Notes: generated by a model not told the origin, from the letters alone. A stretch of DNA of 42,038 nucleotides from Kiritimatiellia bacterium (GCA_044359285.1 JBIKMI010000001.1:1-42038); one strand, 5' to 3'; numbered from the stretch's first letter, positions 27,630-37,069 are shown. A program made the numbers and translations.

Positions 27630-29360
27630 TCACTTGGTCTGCCTCCCGATGCAGAATAGCGTCTTGATGCCCCGGACCAGGAACCGATCACCTGCGAAGA
27701 CTGGCGAGCCGTCGCTCGGTTCACCCAGAACCACTTTCCCGATTTCCCCGTATTCCCGGCCGGCCTTGAGAATGAATAGCGTTCCGTTCCGGGCCACCAG
27801 ATAGAGTTTATCCGCCGCTAACGTCGGCGACCCGTAAAACTCCCCTTCCAGATTCTGCTCCCAGACTTTTTTACCCGTCTTCACCTCCAGGCAGGTGAGC
27901 AGTCCTCCCGAATGAACGAAAAAGGCGAGCTCCCCATTGCTGACCGGCGAAGAGACATCGCTCACGCCCTCCTCAACCGTCCACGCCACATGGGTCGCTG
28001 AAACATCACCGGTCCCGTCGGGCCGGATGGCATAGATCCGGTCTGCGGTGATGGAGACCAGAACCAGACCGCCCGCGATGATCGCCGAGGGGGCCACATC
28101 GGTTCCGGCACAATGCACCTTCCAGAGTTCACGGCCCGAGCCGGGGTCATAGGCAATGATCCACTCGTTGGCCACCGTGATGAGCTGGGGGCCTTTTTCC
28201 GTCGGCACGACCACCGGCGAGGGCCAGGAATCCGAAACGGCGCGTGGCGTGCTCCACACCGTCTTGCCCGTCACCGCATCCAGGGCGATAAGGCGCGAGG
28301 GATGACCCTTCTCGACATCCTGATCATACTGGATCAGGACCGTGCTCCCGGACCATGCCAGTGAAGCGGAATGTCCATAGCGATTGAAGGGCAGCCCGAG
28401 ATCAATCTCCCAGAGGATTTGCGCACAATGGTCCACGGCGATCATATCGCCGTTCGCAAAAATAGAGATCACCCGCAGACCATCCGTCACCGAGGTAGGC
28501 GCCGCATACCCGGTGTCCTTGAAAATCTCCGGAACCGCTTTGGGCGGGCGCGCGATCCCCTTCGCCTCCACGCTCCAAAGCCGGGTCCCGGTGGCGAGAT
28601 CATAACAGTATACCTCGCGTTTTTCCTCCGAAGCGCCCGTCAGGTAGATCTTGTTCCCAGCCACAATCGGGGAACTCATCCCCGGCAGCGGGATTCCGGC
28701 CTTCCAGACAATCCCCAGCTCACCCTCGCCCGTCCCGGGATCGGGCGTATGGGAAGAAACCGCCACACCGCTTCCCGAGGGACCCCGGAACGCAGTCCAC
28801 TCCAGGCGCCCGGTTGAGCCGGTCGCAACGCCGGCCTCCACCGCTGTCGCCGGAACGGCGACAACCACGACCGCACCAGGCGGCCTGCCGCTCATGCCGA
28901 TGTACAGGGTCGCCGTCAGAACCGCCACCATCACTCCCGCCAGCGTCCAGCGGGCGGATGATTCCACCTGACGCTGATCCGGTAGCGGGGGATACTCACG
29001 GGGGTTGGGCCGCCGTCTCCTGAGCAGCGCGACCAGCCGCAAACTGATCAGCGACACCGCCACCCCGCCCAGCAGGAGGAAAATCCCGGTCCGCCGCGAG
29101 GCGAGTCCGCCGAAATAAAACCGCCGCGCCATCCAATCCAGATCGCGTATTTTTGTCTGGATCGCGAGATCCGCCGGATTCTCCTTGAACATCACCCGCA
29201 TCGCATCCAGTTCCGGCAGGTTCAGGGGTGAGGAGACCCTGACCGTCATCAGGGTCGAGACCAGCAGGATGGCCACCAACAATGAAAAGACGCACGCCAC
29301 CGCCGCCACGGCCAGTGTAAGCCGGTAGAGTCCCGGCGAGACAGGCTTCGGATTATCCAT
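27630..29360 (-). CDS. Membrane-anchored PQQ-like (BamB-type) beta-propeller repeat protein
   Basis: Three N-terminal hydrophobic helices (LTLAVAAVACVFSLLVAILLV, GIFLLLGGVAVSLISLRLVALL, WTLAGVMVAVLTATLYIGM) followed by repeated propeller blades (A..G.IY......G.L.A.D..TG...W). The ATG at 29360 is preceded by GGGAGGGA and overlaps the upstream stop by 8 nt. Confidence 0.7.
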   Translation of the reverse strand: MDNPKPVSPGLYRLTLAVAAVACVFSLLVAILLVSTLMTVRVSSPLNLPELDAMRVMFKENPADLAIQTKIRDLDWMARRFYFGGLASRRTGIFLLLGGVAVSLISLRLVALLRRRRPNPREYPPLPDQRQVESSARWTLAGVMVAVLTATLYIGMSGRPPGAVVVVAVPATAVEAGVATGSTGRLEWTAFRGPSGSGVAVSSHTPDPGTGEGELGIVWKAGIPLPGMSSPIVAGNKIYLTGASEEKREVYCYDLATGTRLWSVEAKGIARPPKAVPEIFKDTGYAAPTSVTDGLRVISIFANGDMIAVDHCAQILWEIDLGLPFNRYGHSASLAWSGSTVLIQYDQDVEKGHPSRLIALDAVTGKTVWSTPRAVSDSWPSPVVVPTEKGPQLITVANEWIIAYDPGSGRELWKVHCAGTDVAPSAIIAGGLVLVSITADRIYAIRPDGTGDVSATHVAWTVEEGVSDVSSPVSNGELAFFVHSGGLLTCLEVKTGKKVWEQNLEGEFYGSPTLAADKLYLVARNGTLFILKAGREYGEIGKVVLGEPSDGSPVFAGDRFLVRGIKTLFCIGRQTK

Positions 29361-30627
29361 GCGCTTCCCTCCCTTTCCCGAGACGCTCATGCTCTTTGGG
29401 ACACGACTCAAAACACCGCGCGCAACTCAGGCATTCGCCGCGATCAATTTCATAGTCAACCCGGGCGCGCCGGAGGGATAACGTAATCAGGCCCAGCCCC
29501 AGAAAGCCGCCCAGCAAGCCACCCAGCCACCAGCCACCCCGGTGGAACCGGGCCCTGGCAAGCGCGGCCTGCCGCTCCAAATCCTCCCGCGTGGCGCCAC
29601 TGCTCTGGAAGGCCTCGATCTCCATGGAGAGAGCCGGATCCTGAGTGCGCAAAGCCTCCTCCAGCCGGACCGCCGGATTCATCCGGGCCAGGCGGGTATC
29701 CAGCCGGGAGCCTGCCCAGCCACCCGCCACCACGAGAAGCACGCACAGAACAAGCAGCCCCTTCAGGCGGCGAAGGCCCTGCTCCCGTGGCTCGGCCGTC
29801 CCGACCATCGGCACCCGGATGGCATCAAACGGGCAGGCCGTCTCACACAGCCGGCACCGCACACACTCGTCGGGTGTAATCGTCACATGCCACTTCGAGA
29901 GCCGGGAGAGCCCGCTCAACAGGACGCCATACGGACAGAGAAACCGGCAATAGGGCCTCGCCACCACGAGCCCGACCAGCAACAGCCCAACGCCCGCGAT
30001 CAGGATCGGGGCTTCGCCGCTCAAGCGGAAAATCGCAATGAAGGGATCATACCGGCAGATGATATAAGCCGAACCGGTCGCCGCCAGCAGCACCGCCAGC
30101 CCCAGATACACCACGGGAATCACCTTCAGCACCTGTGCCACGCGGGCGGGCACCCGCATGGGGAACAACAGGGTCATTTCCTGAATCGCGCCCAGCGGAC
30201 AGACCGCCGCGCAGAAGACCCGCCCGAAAAACAGGGCAAACACGAGTGGCAAAATGAAAAAAGCCACCACGCTTAAAGGGAGCACCACACCCGGGTCCGA
30301 GAGCCACACGGCAACATTCTGGATACTGCCGATGGAACAGACGCATCCCTTGCGCCAGAAGCCAAAATAGAGAAGTGAAAACAGCGTCAGCAGGTAGAGG
30401 CCCCGGCGTGACCGGCGTTTCAAAGCCAACCAGGCAGCGAGGGCCAGCGCACCGGCCAGCACGGCCACATCCAGGGCGGCCAGGGCGGCCGCCCGGGGAG
30501 CCGGCACGGAAACAGCAGGCATCGTGTACCCGCTTTCGAACTGCGGTTTCGGGAAGCGGTTCTCGGCCCCGGCATCCGGGCCCAGACAGGCCAGCAGCAG
30601 AAGCAGGCACATCCACACCCGCTTCAT
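29353..30627 (-). CDS. NapH/MauN-like polytopic 4Fe-4S binding membrane protein
   Basis: Signal peptide MKRVWMCLLLLLACLG and multiple TM helices. Fer4_5-type motifs FCAAVCPLGAIQE and YCRFLCPYGVLL. Classical cluster CVRCRLCETACP plus a C-terminal CLSCARCFESCP. ATGA overlap with the upstream gene. Confidence 0.75.
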   Translation of the reverse strand: MKRVWMCLLLLLACLGPDAGAENRFPKPQFESGYTMPAVSVPAPRAAALAALDVAVLAGALALAAWLALKRRSRRGLYLLTLFSLLYFGFWRKGCVCSIGSIQNVAVWLSDPGVVLPLSVVAFFILPLVFALFFGRVFCAAVCPLGAIQEMTLLFPMRVPARVAQVLKVIPVVYLGLAVLLAATGSAYIICRYDPFIAIFRLSGEAPILIAGVGLLLVGLVVARPYCRFLCPYGVLLSGLSRLSKWHVTITPDECVRCRLCETACPFDAIRVPMVGTAEPREQGLRRLKGLLVLCVLLVVAGGWAGSRLDTRLARMNPAVRLEEALRTQDPALSMEIEAFQSSGATREDLERQAALARARFHRGGWWLGGLLGGFLGLGLITLSLRRARVDYEIDRGECLSCARCFESCPKEHERLGKGREAHG

Positions 30628-31325
30628 GACCCACCCGCCTGATCAGCAGAAGGACCCAGCAGGCCGGGAGTCTCCGCGGGCACCCGCCTGAAGGCATCCG
30701 CCGGACAGTTCCGTGCGATGGCACATTCATTGCAATTGACGCAGAGGTCATGACGGACCTGCAACACCAGCGAACTGTTCCCGAATGCCCCGCAGCCTTT
30801 CACACACCGGCCGCACCCCACACACAGGGACTCGTCAATGGTGTACTCGTGGTAGGGGTTCTCAATAAACGCCCGCTTGATGGCCCCGGTGGGGCACATC
30901 TGATTTTCCGCGCCACTGGTCAGTGCGGTGGCACCAGGCTGGAAATAGCCGAAGCAAAGCCGGCAATACCCGCACATCCGCGCGCGATGCACGCATTTGA
31001 CCGCCGACGGCTGGAGCACACAACTGGTCGCGCAGCGCCCGCACTGGATGCATTTGGCGGGGTCAAGCTGCCAGACTTTGCTGCCCGCGGCAACAGCCCC
31101 AGCCGGGGCGGCCACCGGCACGGTACAGGAAGAGAGATCGGGACACCCCTTACAAAGCTTCCATTGATCCGGGTCGCTCCCGTCGGGACATCGCCTTCTC
31201 AAGGCCATCTTCAAGCCGAACCCGGCCAGCCCGGCCACCGCCACGCCACGCAGAAGGCCACGCAGGAAATCACGGCGGCTGCTCACGGGCAACGGGCCCG
31301 GCGTTGTCTCATTGGCGCTAGTCAT
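30624..31325 (-). CDS. Tat-exported multi-cluster ferredoxin (NapG/MauM-like)
   Basis: Twin-arginine signal SSRRDFLRGLLRGVAVAGLAG. Cys motifs CIQCGRCATSC, CGYCRLC, CVGCGRCVKGC and CVNCNECAIARNCP. Confidence 0.75.
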   Translation of the reverse strand: MTSANETTPGPLPVSSRRDFLRGLLRGVAVAGLAGFGLKMALRRRCPDGSDPDQWKLCKGCPDLSSCTVPVAAPAGAVAAGSKVWQLDPAKCIQCGRCATSCVLQPSAVKCVHRARMCGYCRLCFGYFQPGATALTSGAENQMCPTGAIKRAFIENPYHEYTIDESLCVGCGRCVKGCGAFGNSSLVLQVRHDLCVNCNECAIARNCPADAFRRVPAETPGLLGPSADQAGGS

Positions 31326-33612
31326 GGCTTGAATACATCCTTATGGAATCCGAGGAAGGATCGAGCACGAGTATTCGTCCCGTTGAATCCACTGCCAGAT
31401 CGAGCCCCACCACATCTTTTCCCCATTCGTCCTGGCCCGAAATGATTCCGGTGAAACGCCCGGCGGCGTCATACCGCTTGACGCGAACCAGATGCTTCTC
31501 GCTGGTCACAAAAGAGCCATCGGGCGCCAACGCGATGTTGCTGGGGTTGCAACAGCCGCAAAACCCGTCCGGATCCGTCGACGCTTTTCCCCAGCCTGAC
31601 AAGTAGGTTCCGCTGGAGTCAAAATGCTCGACCCGGTGCATCCCGGGATTGACAATCCAAACCGTGCCATCCGGCGCCGTGGCTACATCAAAAAAGGCGC
31701 TGGGCACCACAAAGCCTTCAGGCCGGGAAGGTGACTTATCCCCGAGACGACCCGTCACCTCGCCAGACAGGTTAAAGCGCCACACAATCCGATTCTGGCA
31801 GTCAGCAACGAACACCGCATTGGATGAGGCCGCCACCGACGTGACCATGGTATTCGGCGCCGGACTTTTCCAGACGGCCTTGCGCACGCCCGCCTGATCG
31901 TAAATTTCAACATGATCATCCAGCCCGACAACCAGATCGCCATTGACCGCTTGCGCCAGGGCCCTGACTGTTCCGGCAACCGGAATGGTGACGCGGTGCA
32001 CCCCCATGCGATTCATCACTTCAATCCCCATCTTTGCCCCCACGAAAATCTCATCCTGCCGCCCCACGGCCAGAGCCGTGACATTGGAGAGCGAGGACTT
32101 GATCCATTCGCTACCGCCTCGGCGCACCGCACCCGCATCAACCTTCTTGACCGCCAGGGGCTCACGACTCAAATCCAAGCATCGCAGGGTGCTGTAATCC
32201 CTGACCAACAGTCGGCCCCCGGCCAGCGCCAGGGGCGCCCAGGCTTCCTTGCCATCCAACACCTTGGCTTGCGCCAGCCGGGTATACCCAAGTTCAGTGG
32301 CCTTGGCCAGGGTAAGTACCCCGTTATCCTCCAGGATCAACAATTTGCCATCGGCAATCATGAAAGGACCAAGCCCGAACCGATCGGCAGGTCCGCTCCG
32401 CCACACCACCTTGCCGCCTGGCTCCATGCACACCGCCTCTTTCCGGACCGCGCCCGCATCTGCCGGCAACACCGTATAGAGGTGGCCCTTGTAAAAAACC
32501 GGCGTATGCTGTTCGCAGGCAAACGTCTTCTTGTCCAGCCGCGTGACCAGGCTCACGGAATACTTCCCGCCCTCCTGCGCCACCTGGAAAAGGGCGCTCC
32601 CGGCGCCATAACCGGAGGTCACCAAAAACAGTCCGTTATCCAGGGGCACCGGAGTCGGGGCGACCACCTGGAAATTCCAGGCATCCGTTGTCCACAACAC
32701 GGTGCCGGCATCGGCCGGCTCCGCCGAGACCCCGATAATGCCGCCGACTGCACAATAAATGTACATTTTCCGCCCATTGAATTCCATCGGCATCACGGAG
32801 GCATGTGACATCAGCCATTTGTCAGGATTTGGGGTCTGCCACACCACCTTCCCGGTATCGATATCCACCCCCATCAGGAGCGCCTTGCCGCCCACCCCGA
32901 GCACCACCTGCCGGCCATCGATTAACGGACATTGCCCCGTGTACCACATGGGGACCTCGGCCCCCCACTCCTTTTCAAGATCAATGCCCCATTTGAAATC
33001 ACCCGTGACCGGATCGACTGCCATCACATGGCAACGGGGGCCGATGGTGACGACACACCGCTCCGTGACTGAGGGCACCGTCCGCGAGATGCCGTGATTG
33101 CGCTTGATCCGCACCTTGTACCAGCGGCGCCAGATCTCGCGCCCATCATCCAGCGACAGGCAACGCAGGGCATCCGCCCCCTCCCGGCCGTCATAGTCGA
33201 GCAGATAGACCCGCCCATTCAGGATAGCGGGTCCGGCATAGCCTTCGCCCAGTTCAATGGACCAGAGGCACGGCGGCCCGTTGGAGGGCCAGGCATTCGC
33301 CAGCACTTCCGAGTCCGGCGCCACATTGTCATGCCGGCTTCCCCTGAAGCACGGCCATTCACCCGGCCACTGGGACGGAATGCCTGCGGAAGCTGTGAAA
33401 TTTTCGCCTATGCGAACCGTCTCCACGGCACCGGTATCAGCGGGGGCGCCCATGATTTCGTAAGCTTGCGGAAGCCTGCGCGCGACATCAGGGCCCGGGG
33501 CTGCGCCACGCCACCATGCCAGTGCGGCGCCAGCCACACACACACCGGCCAGGAGAGTGGCTAATACGGGAATGACTCCTTTCCCGGGCCTTATGTTGAG
33601 GTCTCTCATCAT
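31318..33612 (-). CDS. Signal-anchored double beta-propeller protein (N-terminal PQQ-like propeller, C-terminal NHL-like repeats)
   Basis: N-terminal hydrophobic anchor VIPVLATLLAGVCVAGAALAWW. PQQ/BamB-like blades (GRVYLLDYDG..., VVTIGPRCHVMAVDPVTGDFKW, GKALLMGVDIDTGKVVW). The C-terminal ~270 aa has NHL-like blades (PDGTVWIVNPGMHRVEHFDSSG, LAPDGSFVTSE..VRVKRYDAAG, VDSTGRILVLDPSSDSIRMY). Confidence 0.65.
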   Translation of the reverse strand: MMRDLNIRPGKGVIPVLATLLAGVCVAGAALAWWRGAAPGPDVARRLPQAYEIMGAPADTGAVETVRIGENFTASAGIPSQWPGEWPCFRGSRHDNVAPDSEVLANAWPSNGPPCLWSIELGEGYAGPAILNGRVYLLDYDGREGADALRCLSLDDGREIWRRWYKVRIKRNHGISRTVPSVTERCVVTIGPRCHVMAVDPVTGDFKWGIDLEKEWGAEVPMWYTGQCPLIDGRQVVLGVGGKALLMGVDIDTGKVVWQTPNPDKWLMSHASVMPMEFNGRKMYIYCAVGGIIGVSAEPADAGTVLWTTDAWNFQVVAPTPVPLDNGLFLVTSGYGAGSALFQVAQEGGKYSVSLVTRLDKKTFACEQHTPVFYKGHLYTVLPADAGAVRKEAVCMEPGGKVVWRSGPADRFGLGPFMIADGKLLILEDNGVLTLAKATELGYTRLAQAKVLDGKEAWAPLALAGGRLLVRDYSTLRCLDLSREPLAVKKVDAGAVRRGGSEWIKSSLSNVTALAVGRQDEIFVGAKMGIEVMNRMGVHRVTIPVAGTVRALAQAVNGDLVVGLDDHVEIYDQAGVRKAVWKSPAPNTMVTSVAASSNAVFVADCQNRIVWRFNLSGEVTGRLGDKSPSRPEGFVVPSAFFDVATAPDGTVWIVNPGMHRVEHFDSSGTYLSGWGKASTDPDGFCGCCNPSNIALAPDGSFVTSEKHLVRVKRYDAAGRFTGIISGQDEWGKDVVGLDLAVDSTGRILVLDPSSDSIRMYSSHD

Positions 33613-33729
33613 GGATATAGAGAATACAGCGACAATGTGCCCGACAGGCTATCAGATCCTTTGGTCCTCATCAAGATACCTGGTTCCCGAGATCCCCCCG
33701 GGAAGGCGGCAGGCGGGTTCACTGAAGCA

Positions 33730-34215
33730 CTAAAACGAGATAATCGTCACCCCATCGCCACCGGGCGTCTGGCCGGGTTCGCCCAGTCGGAAATGACGGA
33801 TCCCCATCTCCTTCAGGCGCAGATGCAGGGCTTTTTTCAAGGCGCCCGAGCCATGCCCGTGAATCACCCGGACCTCATCCACATGACCTAGCAGCGCCTC
33901 ATTCAGGAAATGATCCAGCTTCACCAGCATCTCTTCAACCCGCAGGCCGTGCATATCAATTTCACGGGCCACCGCCGCACGCCGGGCGGGCGGCCTCACG
34001 GGCTCCCGCCGCATTTTCGCTTTTGATTTTTCCCGGCCGGCGGCCAACCCGGACTGATCGAGATTGAACCGCACCCGGCCCACTTCCACCACCGCTCTGC
34101 GCCCATCATCACTGAGTGACACCACCGTTCCGTGATCCTTCAGCCGCTCAACCCACACACGGCTGCCAATGGCCCCGGGGGCCGGGCACACTGCTTTCCT
34201 GGAGTTCTGCGTCAT
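33730..34215 (-). CDS. Stand-alone Smr (MutS2 C-terminal-like) domain protein
   Basis: EIDMHGLRVEEMLVKLDHFLNEALLGHVDEVRVIHGHGSGALKKALHLRLKE is the Smr nuclease domain. The N-terminus resembles the KOW-like segment that precedes Smr in MutS2. Confidence 0.8.
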   Translation of the reverse strand: MTQNSRKAVCPAPGAIGSRVWVERLKDHGTVVSLSDDGRRAVVEVGRVRFNLDQSGLAAGREKSKAKMRREPVRPPARRAAVAREIDMHGLRVEEMLVKLDHFLNEALLGHVDEVRVIHGHGSGALKKALHLRLKEMGIRHFRLGEPGQTPGGDGVTIISF

Positions 34216-34224
34216 GGGCAGGTT

Positions 34225-34974
34225 TTACCGTTCTTCCAGCCGGAATTCAAATTGTAGATTCATCTCGGACGCCACAGGGCGTCCGCCCTGCTCCGCAGGC
34301 TTGAAACGGGCGGCCTTTGCGGCGGCCACCGCCGAGGCATCCAGCGCCGGATGGCCGCTGCCCGCCACCACCTCCGCGGTCTCCACCTCCCCTTGCTCAC
34401 TCACCCGTAGATGAACCGTTACCCGCCCGGCTTCACCCCGCACCCTCGCCCCATAGGGATAGTGCGGCTGTATTGCAGAAAGCGCGATAGGGCGGCCCCC
34501 GCCAGCAGGCTCACTCCTCCCCTTGACCGCCGGCTCCAGCTTCCCCTTGCCAGCAGGCGCACTCCTCCCCTTGACCGCCGGCTCCACCCCGGCAGGGCCG
34601 GCCCGCAGCTGGATCTCCGGCATGACCGGCACCCACCGGACGGTCTGCTCCGGTGCCTGGACCGGGGGCTCGGGGACCATCAGGGCCCGGTCTTCCGGTA
34701 CTTCAGGAACAGGCGCGGCACGCGCTTCGGGCGGAATCACCGCAAGGGCCTGCTCCAACTCCGTGGGCTCGCCGGACGGCACCGGGGCAGGAAGGGGGGG
34801 CACGACATCCACCACCCATCCTTCGGAGACTGGCCGCAGGCGGGCCACCGGCCAATAGCGGACCGCCACCAATAGCACCCCCCCTGCGCACACATGCAAC
34901 AGGAGGGCAAGGGAAAACGCCCGACGGAGCGTCGGGCGCGACAACCAACTCACACTCTGAGACAGAGTAGTCAC
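34225..34974 (-). CDS. tonB: TonB family energy transducer
   Basis: N-terminal TM helix (AFSLALLLHVCAGGVLLVAV), a Pro-rich spacer, and a C-terminal TonB domain (YPYGARVRGEAGRVTVHLRVSEQGEVETAEVVAGSGHPALDASAVAAAKAARFKPAEQGGRPV). The start is uncertain: GTG at 34974, just after the receptor stop, or upstream starts extending to 35055. Confidence 0.75.
   Translation of the reverse strand: MTTLSQSVSWLSRPTLRRAFSLALLLHVCAGGVLLVAVRYWPVARLRPVSEGWVVDVVPPLPAPVPSGEPTELEQALAVIPPEARAAPVPEVPEDRALMVPEPPVQAPEQTVRWVPVMPEIQLRAGPAGVEPAVKGRSAPAGKGKLEPAVKGRSEPAGGGRPIALSAIQPHYPYGARVRGEAGRVTVHLRVSEQGEVETAEVVAGSGHPALDASAVAAAKAARFKPAEQGGRPVASEMNLQFEFRLEER
34501..34586. repeat. Direct repeat inside tonB (38-nt units, 48-nt period, one mismatch)
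   Basis: 34501-34538 and 34549-34586 differ at a single base. They encode EPAVKGRSAPAGKGKL / EPAVKGRSEPAGGG. Confidence 0.85.
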
Positions 34975-34975
34975 C

Positions 34976-36844
34976 TTAAAACAGCACTTTGACGCCCCCA
35001 TACCCGGCGCGACCGGGGCTTCCGTAACCAATGGCCGGCTCGTACTCCTCGTCAAACAGGTTCTCCACGCGCCCGAAGAGGGTCATATTCCTACGAACGT
35101 CGTACGAGGCGTAAAGGTTCACCAGGATATACCCATCCAGCGTGGCCGCCATATAGGTTGCGAAATCCTCATCCATGCGCTCGCCCACATAGCTCACACT
35201 CACCGTCCCCTTGAGCTTTGCGGTCACGTCATACGTGGTGTCGAGCGAAGCCTTATTACGGGGCCGGCGCAAGAGCTGCTCGCCTGTGAGCTTGTTTTCC
35301 GTATCGGTGTACGTGTAAGCCGCCCGCATGGAAAGATCCCTGGCCGGCTTGGCGGTCACAAAGGTTTCAACCCCGCGCGTTTCCGCCTGACTGACATTCC
35401 CGTACTTCATGGTCACGAAATCGTAATCAATCAGATCTTCAAACTGATTTTCGAAATAGGTGACCCCCACCAGGACCTTGCCACCGGCCAGTTTCTGCTC
35501 CACCCCGGCATCCCACCCCTTGCTGCTCTCCGGGTTCAGATCGGGACTGCCATAGGATGAATAGAGCTGAAACAGGGAAGGCGCCTTGAAGCCGGTACCG
35601 TAAGAGCCTTTGAAACGGGTGTCCGTAGCGGCAACGTCATAGGAAGGCGCCAAACGCCAGGTGGGTTCGGTCCCGAACGAATCATAACTATCGATGCGCC
35701 CCCCGGCGGTGGTGGTCAGCGGCCCGGTAGTCAGGATATCCTGCGCATAGGCACTTTGATGACGTGCCGTCTTGCGCGCAAACTGGTCCACATAGCCGAC
35801 TGACTCATACGTTGATTCCGCCGACTCCTGCTGGGCCTCAATTCCGGCCGTGACAATATTGGCCTCACCCAGGAAGAGATCATTCTGCCACTCCAGCTTC
35901 TGGAGCAGGCTGTCGAACGAGGAATCCCCGAGCGAGGAGGTATCCTCCCGGCTTTGGCTCACCCATGACCCGCCCACCCGCGGACGCCACTGGCCATCAA
36001 GCAACTTACCCTTTCCCTCCCCATAGAGTGACAGCAGCTCATAGGCACCCTGATTGTCGCCATCCACCGGCCGGCCATTCGCGAAATCATCGTAATCGTA
36101 GTCCGCCTGGTTCCAGCGCAGGATCATATTGGCCTCGAACTCATCCGCCGGGGTCCAGCCCAGCTTGCTCGACAACTCCGTCCGGCGATAGCCGTCTTTC
36201 TCCGGGTTCCCGTTTTTCTCTGCCGCGCTGGAGAACCCCTCCGAATCCTGGCGGGAGATCCCCACCGAGTAATTATAGTTCGAGGTGCCGCCACGGACGG
36301 CCGCCTTCTCGTTGAAGGTGTTGAACGAGCCCGCCTCGGCCGACACCTCGCCGCCCACAGGCCCTGCCCCTTTTTTGGTGATGACGTTAATCACACCGCC
36401 CATCGCATCGGCCCCATAGAGAGGGCTCTGCGGCCCCCGCAAGACTTCGATCCGCTCAATATTCTGAGCGGGCATCTGGGAGAGATCCGCACCACGCCCC
36501 AGTCCGGAAGGATCATTGAGCGGCACGCCATCCACCAAAACCAACGTCTGCTCCGAGGAGGCACCCCGGATAAAGATCGACACGGTCCCGCCGGCACCGC
36601 CCAGCTGCACGACATCCAACCCCGGCACCTCCCGCAAGGCGTCAGCCACCGTGGCACACTGCCGCTCCACCAATTGCGCGTGATCCACCACGCTCACCGA
36701 ACTACCGACCGTCGACAGGGATTGCTCCACCCGGGTTGCCGTGACAACCACCTGCTGCTGGACCACTTCATTGGTCGGTCCCGCCACACTCCCCTGCAAT
36801 CCGCCTGCCAACACCAATCCCACCCACATTGTCAATTTTCTCAT
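34976..36844 (-). CDS. btuB: TonB-dependent outer-membrane receptor, BtuB-like (cobalamin uptake inferred from the upstream riboswitch)
   Basis: Signal peptide, a TonB-box/plug region (VVVTATRVEQSLSTVGSSVSVVD...VPGLDVVQLGGAGGTVSIFIRGASSEQTLVLVDGVPLNDP), and a beta-barrel ending in ...GGVKVLF with the terminal aromatic residue. Confidence 0.85.
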   Translation of the reverse strand: MRKLTMWVGLVLAGGLQGSVAGPTNEVVQQQVVVTATRVEQSLSTVGSSVSVVDHAQLVERQCATVADALREVPGLDVVQLGGAGGTVSIFIRGASSEQTLVLVDGVPLNDPSGLGRGADLSQMPAQNIERIEVLRGPQSPLYGADAMGGVINVITKKGAGPVGGEVSAEAGSFNTFNEKAAVRGGTSNYNYSVGISRQDSEGFSSAAEKNGNPEKDGYRRTELSSKLGWTPADEFEANMILRWNQADYDYDDFANGRPVDGDNQGAYELLSLYGEGKGKLLDGQWRPRVGGSWVSQSREDTSSLGDSSFDSLLQKLEWQNDLFLGEANIVTAGIEAQQESAESTYESVGYVDQFARKTARHQSAYAQDILTTGPLTTTAGGRIDSYDSFGTEPTWRLAPSYDVAATDTRFKGSYGTGFKAPSLFQLYSSYGSPDLNPESSKGWDAGVEQKLAGGKVLVGVTYFENQFEDLIDYDFVTMKYGNVSQAETRGVETFVTAKPARDLSMRAAYTYTDTENKLTGEQLLRRPRNKASLDTTYDVTAKLKGTVSVSYVGERMDEDFATYMAATLDGYILVNLYASYDVRRNMTLFGRVENLFDEEYEPAIGYGSPGRAGYGGVKVLF

Positions 36845-36944
36845 TTTTCGTTCCCTTCCTGACCGTTTACTTCAGACCCGGCAGATCACCCGACCTGCTC
36901 CGAACTTATCCGCCTCCGCCTGCTGCTCACGGTCTCTCACCGCA

Positions 36945-36990
36945 TAAAAACAAAACCCCTTGAATTTTCCTGGATGGAAAACTGAAGGGG
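36945..36990 (-). terminator. Intrinsic terminator/attenuator in the btuB leader (riboswitch expression platform)
   Basis: Minus-strand reading: CCCCTTCAGTTTTCC-ATCCA-GGAAAATTCAAGGGG followed by TTTTGTTTTTAT. It lies about 100 nt upstream of the btuB ATG and downstream of the riboswitch core. Confidence 0.6.
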
Positions 36991-37069
36991 CTGATAAGTT
37001 AAATTACGCCTCATGACTCTTCCATCGCGAAAGAGAGACGGATCCCCGTAACGGGATCTGTCCATTGAG

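Noticed and set aside
33646-33674. Sigma-70-like hexamer pairs. Minus strand: TTGATG-17-TAGCCT (33646-33674) and TTGACG-16-TAGTGT (37245-37272). Plus strand: TTGACA-18-TAAACA (37394-37423).
   Set aside because: Each has only a partial -10 match, and the promoter consensus for this lineage is unknown. They are too weak to report as features without TSS data.
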